Assembly (NCBI GenBank): GCA_963796685.1
Contig: CAWCMR010000011.1
Coordinates: 64,001-128,000, forward strand
Reading direction: 5' to 3'
Source of the DNA: an uncultured delta proteobacterium
GTDB taxonomy: Bacteria; Myxococcota_A; Polyangia; Fen-1088
Length of the DNA: 64,000 nt
Made by a program: the position numbers and the translations under genes. Shown one piece after another: positions 58,854 through 64,000 of the stretch. Under the pieces are notes generated by a model. That model worked only from the letters and a program-made list of their open reading frames with translations. It did no database searches and was not told the origin of the DNA. Position 1 is the first letter of the stretch, and every line of letters begins with the position of its first letter.

Positions 58854-59939
58854 ATGCTACAGACGCTTGTGCACCTTCCGTCAAAGCCGCTCTTCGTTCT
58901 GGCCCTGATCCTGGCAGTGGTCTCGGCGCTGTGGAACGCGCGTGCACGTCGGCGCGACCCCAAGACGCCACGCACGTCGACGCCGCTTTACCTGCTCGTG
59001 GGCGCGTGGCTCCTGCTCGGGCTGCGCGGCGGCTCGTGGATTCCCTCGGGCGGCATGTTCGCCCACGATTGGAAGCCCGTGCCCATCTTCTCCTACGGCG
59101 TGATGCTGGGCACATCCATGGTCGTCGGTTGGTTCCTGGCGCTCCGACTGGCCAAGCAAGACGGCATTCCAAGCGAGCAGGCGGGCGCCATCTACATGTG
59201 GACCGCGGTGTGGGCCATCGTCGGCGCGCGCGTGCTCTACGCCATCACCGAATGGCAGGAGTTTTCCAATCCCCTCGACGTCATCTTGCTGAACAAGGGA
59301 GGTCTCGTGGCCTACGGCGGCCTCATCGGCGGGTTCCTGGCCAGCTGGTACGGTTGCCACAAACGCAAGATCCACCTTCTGCGTTGGGCGGACGTGTCGG
59401 CGCCGTCGGTGGTGCTGGGAACGGCCATCACCCGCGTGGGCTGTCTTCTCTACGGTTGCGACTACGGGAAGCGCACGGCCATGCCGTGGGGAATTCGCTT
59501 CCCGCCCGAGGCGCCGGCCTGGCAGGATCACGTGGCCAACTTCGGCCTCGACAAGTCGTCGCCGCTGTCGTTTCCCGTGCATCCCACGCAGATCTACGAG
59601 TCCTTGGCCGGCTTAGCCATCTTCGCCGTGCTCATGTACCTGCGCCGGGTGCGCAAGTTCTCGGGCGAGGTCTTCGTGGCCTGGGTGGTGGGCTACGGCG
59701 TCTTGCGCTCGATCATCGAGGTCTACCGCGGCGATTCCGACCGCGGCAACGTGGGCGTCCTCTCCACCTCGCAGTTCATCGGCGCGATTTCGGTGACGGC
59801 CGCAGGCGTGTTGCTGTACGTCCTGTACAGGAAGTACAAGGCCAATCCAACCGCGCTGCGTTTGTGGGAGCAGCCGCTGCCCGAGGCCGCGGGCTCCGGC
59901 CAAGCACGGCCCACGCGGCGCAAGCGCAGGAAGGGTTGA
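58854..59939 (+). CDS. lgt: Prolipoprotein diacylglyceryl transferase
   Basis: GARVLY, GGLVAYGG, R.GC...GC.YG, HPTQIYE. Confidence 0.9.
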   Translation: MLQTLVHLPSKPLFVLALILAVVSALWNARARRRDPKTPRTSTPLYLLVGAWLLLGLRGGSWIPSGGMFAHDWKPVPIFSYGVMLGTSMVVGWFLALRLAKQDGIPSEQAGAIYMWTAVWAIVGARVLYAITEWQEFSNPLDVILLNKGGLVAYGGLIGGFLASWYGCHKRKIHLLRWADVSAPSVVLGTAITRVGCLLYGCDYGKRTAMPWGIRFPPEAPAWQDHVANFGLDKSSPLSFPVHPTQIYESLAGLAIFAVLMYLRRVRKFSGEVFVAWVVGYGVLRSIIEVYRGDSDRGNVGVLSTSQFIGAISVTAAGVLLYVLYRKYKANPTALRLWEQPLPEAAGSGQARPTRRKRRKG

Positions 59940-60021
59940 AATGGCCTGCCCGATCGCGCACGAGACGCCGGGGGGCCATTTGATGTATAAAGTCGCTGCC
60001 ATTTGATTTGTGGGGGAGAAG

Positions 60022-60597
60022 ATGAGTCTCAAGCGCAGCCACGCCAGCACGCGAACAGGTTCCGGTGCAGGCTCCGATTCCGGGAGCAAGCTCGGGCGAC
60101 AGGAGTTCTTCGACGAGCTCAAGAAGCACGCCCAAACGGGGCAGGTGTTCACGCCGGTCGACGTTTCCATGGCCATCGGTGCGAGCGAGGCCGCGGTGTC
60201 GCGCGCCTTGCTCGGCTTGGCCGCCGAGGGGTACTTGGAAAAGGTCGAGACGGGGAAGTACCGCTCGACGCCTTTTCAAGAGGTTCCGCAGGCCGAGTTT
60301 CTCAAGGCGCTGGCCCGCGCCTCGAAGACAGACTCAACGCGTCAGCGGGATCTCTCCGAGATTTCACGGCTCAAGCAGAACAACGACGTCATGCGGGCCA
60401 AGCTCCTCGGGGCCCTGGCCGAACGCGATCACTACCTGGCCGCGCTCAAGCGGCACGGCATCGATCCGGGGCCGCTGCCCGCGCCCGCCGCACCTGCAAC
60501 GACTCCCCTCGGGTCGGCCTCTGCTGCGACTTCTTCCGATGGCGACGGTGGGGCCCCTTCCGCGGAAGCCCCTGCGGTCGAGCAGACCTCCGGTTGA
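60022..60597 (+). CDS. Hypothetical winged-helix plus coiled-coil protein
   Basis: VSMAIGASEAAVSRALLGLAAEGYLEKVETGKY. Confidence 0.65.
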   Translation: MSLKRSHASTRTGSGAGSDSGSKLGRQEFFDELKKHAQTGQVFTPVDVSMAIGASEAAVSRALLGLAAEGYLEKVETGKYRSTPFQEVPQAEFLKALARASKTDSTRQRDLSEISRLKQNNDVMRAKLLGALAERDHYLAALKRHGIDPGPLPAPAAPATTPLGSASAATSSDGDGGAPSAEAPAVEQTSG

Positions 60598-60632
60598 CCT
60601 CCTCATCCCATTGACGTGAGCCGCGTTTCTCG

Positions 60633-61570
60633 GTGCAGTTGCGCTTTTCCATTCGCGCAAGGCCGGGCGGAGTGTCTTCCGGCCCCGGCGCACCCGTAAT
60701 CGAGTGCGTGGTCACCGTGCCTTTCGCGCACGGCGAAGCGGTCGTCGGCCGAGGCCGCGACGCGACCATCGAGCTGCCGTTCCCAGCCATTTCGAGCCGA
60801 CATGCTCGCGTCTTTCGCGACGTCGGCGGGTACCGCGTCGAGGATCTGGGGAGCGCCAACGGCACGCTGCTCGGCGGCAGGCGCCTCGTGCCCCACGTGG
60901 CGGAGGCCATCGCGGTCGGGGACGTGGTGGAGGTCGCGGGGGTCGAGTTGCGTTTCGAGGGCGAGCGGGCCGCCGAGGAGCCCGGCAATGGGTCGTTCGA
61001 TTCGAGCTGGCTTGGCCGAGGAGGGGACCTCGACGCTGGCGCGCCGGCTGGTTCACGGCCTGTTCATGGCTTGTCCGCCGGCCGAGTGTGCGCGGCTGGT
61101 CGTCGAGGCTGGCCCGGCGGTGGGGCGCGAGCTCGTGCTGCTTGCGTGCGAGCGCGAGCTCAAGGTGGGACGTGGCAAGCAGTGCGACCTGGTCATCCCC
61201 GACGACGATGTCTCGCGCGAGCACGTGGCCTTCACGCGCCGAGGCGACGGTGTCATGGTGCGCGATCTCGGGGTCGAAGAACGGCGTCGAGGTAGAGGGG
61301 CAACGGGTGGACGGCGTTCGCATTCTGCGCGACGGGGAGAGCGTGTGCATGGGGAAGACCAGACTGCGTGTGGTCGATCCGGAAGAGCGCTACCTGCGCC
61401 AGATGGAGGCGGGCGACGCGGTGGCGCCTCCCGCTCCGGCCGCCGTGTCGGCCACGCATGCGGCAGCCGCGCCCGCGCGCAGCCGTCTGCCCTTGGTCGC
61501 GGGTGCCCTTGCCGTCACGGCGCTCCTCCTCACCCTCGGACTTGTGCTAGCACTGGTGTTCGCGGTCTAA
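60633..61570 (+). CDS. Tandem FHA-domain membrane protein (two apparent frameshifts)
   Basis: VGRG...ISSRHA...DLGSANGT; VGRG...VSREH...DLG(S)KNGV; C-terminal TM; pieces lie in three frames. Confidence 0.7.
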
Positions 61571-61591
61571 TCCGAAGTCCCATCCCAATTC

Positions 61592-62578
61592 ATGGAAGTT
61601 CGCGTTCCCCTGACTTTTCGTCCGACCTATCAACCCTTGGTGTGGGGAGGGCGGCGCATGGAGGCGTGGGGGCGGATCCTGCCCGAGGGCCCCATCGGCG
61701 AGGCCTGGGAGCTGGCCGATCATCCACGCGGCATGAGCGTGGTTGGCGAGGGGCGCTTCGCCGGCCTGACCCTGCACGAGCTGGTGGGCCGCGCCGGCGT
61801 GGCGCTGGTCGGGGACGGCTCCCGCAGCGGCGAGTTCCCCTTGATGGTGAAGCTCATCGATGCACGCCTGCGTCTCAGCGTGCAGGTTCATCCCGATGAA
61901 GCCGTGGCTCGCGCCCTCGGCGTGGGCCAGCACGGCAAGACCGAGTGTTGGGTGTTCCTGGCGGACGGTGGGGAGATCTACCAAGGCACGCGGCCGGGAA
62001 TCGAACGCGCCCAGTTCGAGCGCGCCCTGGCGGAGCACCGGGTGTCGGACACGCTCAATCACTTCCAGGCCCGTCGGGGCGATGTCTTCTTCCTGCCTGC
62101 GCGTACCGTGCACGCGCTTGGCGAAGGCTGTCTGCTTTACGAGGTCCAGCAAACCTCGGACATCACCTTTCGCGTGTACGACTGGGATCGCCTGGGTCTC
62201 GACGGGAAGCCGCGCCCGCTGCACGTGGTCGAGTCGATGGCCACCATCGATTTTGGACGCACGGGGTTTGGTCCCCACGCGGCGGAGCCGTGGCGGCCCA
62301 TCCGCGAGGACGCACCGGGGTGCGAGCAGCGAACGCTCGTGGCGTGCCCGTACTTCACCCTGCGCGAGCAGCGCGTGCGCGGGTACGTCGAACAGCCCAC
62401 CGTGGAAGCTTGCGTGGTCGTGACCTGCGTGGCCGGTCAAGGCGCGCTCTCGACCCCGGCGGGCCGGGTGGAGTTGCCTCCGATGCGGACCGTGCTCGTC
62501 CCGGCGGATGCGGGCTCGTGGCGCGTGGACGTACCCACCGGTAGCGCCGACCTGCTGGTCGCCACGCCCAAGCTCTGA
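61592..62578 (+). CDS. manA: Mannose-6-phosphate isomerase, class I
   Basis: WGG, GEAWE, LSVQVHP, GKTECW, EVQQTSDITFRVYDW. Confidence 0.9.
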   Translation: MEVRVPLTFRPTYQPLVWGGRRMEAWGRILPEGPIGEAWELADHPRGMSVVGEGRFAGLTLHELVGRAGVALVGDGSRSGEFPLMVKLIDARLRLSVQVHPDEAVARALGVGQHGKTECWVFLADGGEIYQGTRPGIERAQFERALAEHRVSDTLNHFQARRGDVFFLPARTVHALGEGCLLYEVQQTSDITFRVYDWDRLGLDGKPRPLHVVESMATIDFGRTGFGPHAAEPWRPIREDAPGCEQRTLVACPYFTLREQRVRGYVEQPTVEACVVVTCVAGQGALSTPAGRVELPPMRTVLVPADAGSWRVDVPTGSADLLVATPKL

Positions 62579-62587
62579 GTAGGCCCT

Positions 62588-64000
62588 CTACCGTCGCTTG
62601 CGTGCCTTCTTGCGGGCGTTGCGCGCGTCCTTGCGCTTGCGCTTTTCCTTGGCGCGATCGATGTTGCGGGTGGGCGCCTGGAAGTGGCCGCGCTCGCGCG
62701 ACTGCATGTTCATCATGGAGGCGAGCTGGTCCATGTCCATCCCGCCCAGCATCTTCCTGGCTTGGTTGAGCTGCCCGAGTTGCTTGAAGCCGGGGATCTT
62801 GCCGAGCAGGCCTGACGACGCCCCGAGCTGCATCATCATCTGGCGCATCATCGCGAAGCGGTTGAGCAGATCGGCGACCTCGGACTCCTTGCGGCCGCAG
62901 CCGCGCGCCACGCGGGTGATGCGACTTTGATCGAAGAACGCGCTGCGCTTCTTCTTGCGCTTGCCGCTGTCGATGATCTCTTCCCAGCTGGTGATGACGA
63001 ACATCTCGGGCTGGCGCCGTTCGGCGTCGGTCATCGACGAGATGATGGAGCCGATGCGCACCAGCTCCTTGTCGTCGACCTGGATGTTGGCGTCGGCGAT
63101 GCCCGGGATCTTCTCGACCATCTCGGACAGCGGGCCCATCTTCTTCAAGATCGAGATCTGTTCGAGGAAGTCGTTCATGTCGAACTTCCCCTTGAGCATG
63201 CGCAGGGCGTCCTGCTCGGCCTTCTCCTCGTCGACGACCTCCTCGAACTGTTGCACCAGCCCGACCACGTCGCCGCGGCCGAGAATGCGGCTGGCCATGC
63301 CGTCAGGACGGAATTCCTCGAGGCGATCGAGCGACTCGCCCATCCCGACGAACTTCACCGGCTTGCCGGTCACCGCCTTCACCGACAACGCCGCGCCGCC
63401 GCGGGCGTCGCCGTCGAGCTTGGTCAGGATCACGCCATCGTAGCCCAGCCAATCGTGGAAGGTCTTGGCCGTGGCCACGGCGTCCTGGCCGATCATGGCA
63501 TCGATGACGAAGAAGATGTTGGCCGGGTTGGTGCGACGCTTGATCTCCTTGAGCTCGTTCATGAGCAGCTCGTCGATGGCGAGGCGGCCGGCGGTGTCGA
63601 AGAGGACGGTATCGCGGCCGTGCTCGGCGGCGTAGCGATGGGCCTTCTCGCAGATGAGCGGCGGGCTTCCACCCGGCTCGGCGTACACGGGCATGTTCAG
63701 CGTCTGGCCCAGGACCTGTAGTTGCTCGATGGCAGCCGGGCGGTACACGTCGGCGGCGACCAGCAGCGGCCGGCGCCCGCGCTTCTCGAGATAGCGCGCC
63801 AGCTTGCCGACGGTGGTGGTCTTGCCGCTGCCCTGCAGTCCGACCATCATGATGCCGGTCGGGCCCTTCTTGGCGAAATGGATTTCCGAATCGACCGCGC
63901 CCATCAGTTGGATCAGCTCGTCGTGGCACAGCTTGACGAAGTGGTCCTCGGGGCTGACCCGGCGGACCTTTTCTTTGCTGGTGGCGCGCACCTTGACGAT
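62588..64000 (-). CDS. ffh: Signal recognition particle protein (5' end outside window)
   Basis: GLQGSGKTT, DTAGR, TKLDGDARGG, Met-rich M domain. Confidence 0.95.
   Translation of the reverse strand: MVKVRATSKEKVRRVSPEDHFVKLCHDELIQLMGAVDSEIHFAKKGPTGIMMVGLQGSGKTTTVGKLARYLEKRGRRPLLVAADVYRPAAIEQLQVLGQTLNMPVYAEPGGSPPLICEKAHRYAAEHGRDTVLFDTAGRLAIDELLMNELKEIKRRTNPANIFFVIDAMIGQDAVATAKTFHDWLGYDGVILTKLDGDARGGAALSVKAVTGKPVKFVGMGESLDRLEEFRPDGMASRILGRGDVVGLVQQFEEVVDEEKAEQDALRMLKGKFDMNDFLEQISILKKMGPLSEMVEKIPGIADANIQVDDKELVRIGSIISSMTDAERRQPEMFVITSWEEIIDSGKRKKKRSAFFDQSRITRVARGCGRKESEVADLLNRFAMMRQMMMQLGASSGLLGKIPGFKQLGQLNQARKMLGGMDMDQLASMMNMQSRERGHFQAPTRNIDRAKEKRKRKDARNARKKARKRR

Noticed and set aside
60555-60572. 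cttccgcggaag palindrome as an empty intron-1 target
   Set aside because: Single short palindrome in GC-rich coding DNA; nothing else supports it.

Overview
GC-rich bacterial chromosomal window. Gly-rich and Cys-rich lipoproteins suggest Myxococcota/Polyangia (inference). The left ~23 kb is accessory: IS91/ISCR-like remnants, two unrelated group II introns, TA genes and an eroding integron cassette array (attC sites, no intI in the window). The right part holds a Hyf-type group 4 [NiFe]-hydrogenase operon, a GH74, a type III PKS cluster and housekeeping genes (glpK, ribF, dnaK, lgt, ffh). The most striking structure is a four-layer nested mobile element at 10548-14128. A 22-bp-TIR MITE-like element holds a REP doublet, an IS621-like IS110 sits in that doublet, and a group IIC intron sits in the IS110's bridge-RNA leader. 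An intact, intron-free copy of the same IS110 sits at the identical site in one unit of an 11-unit 172/180-bp REP tandem array (34633-37795). Its target and donor guide segments and its circle-junction promoter can be read directly from the sequence. Several genes carry single-base frameshifts that are probably assembly errors. All family assignments come from motif recognition; no database searches were run.
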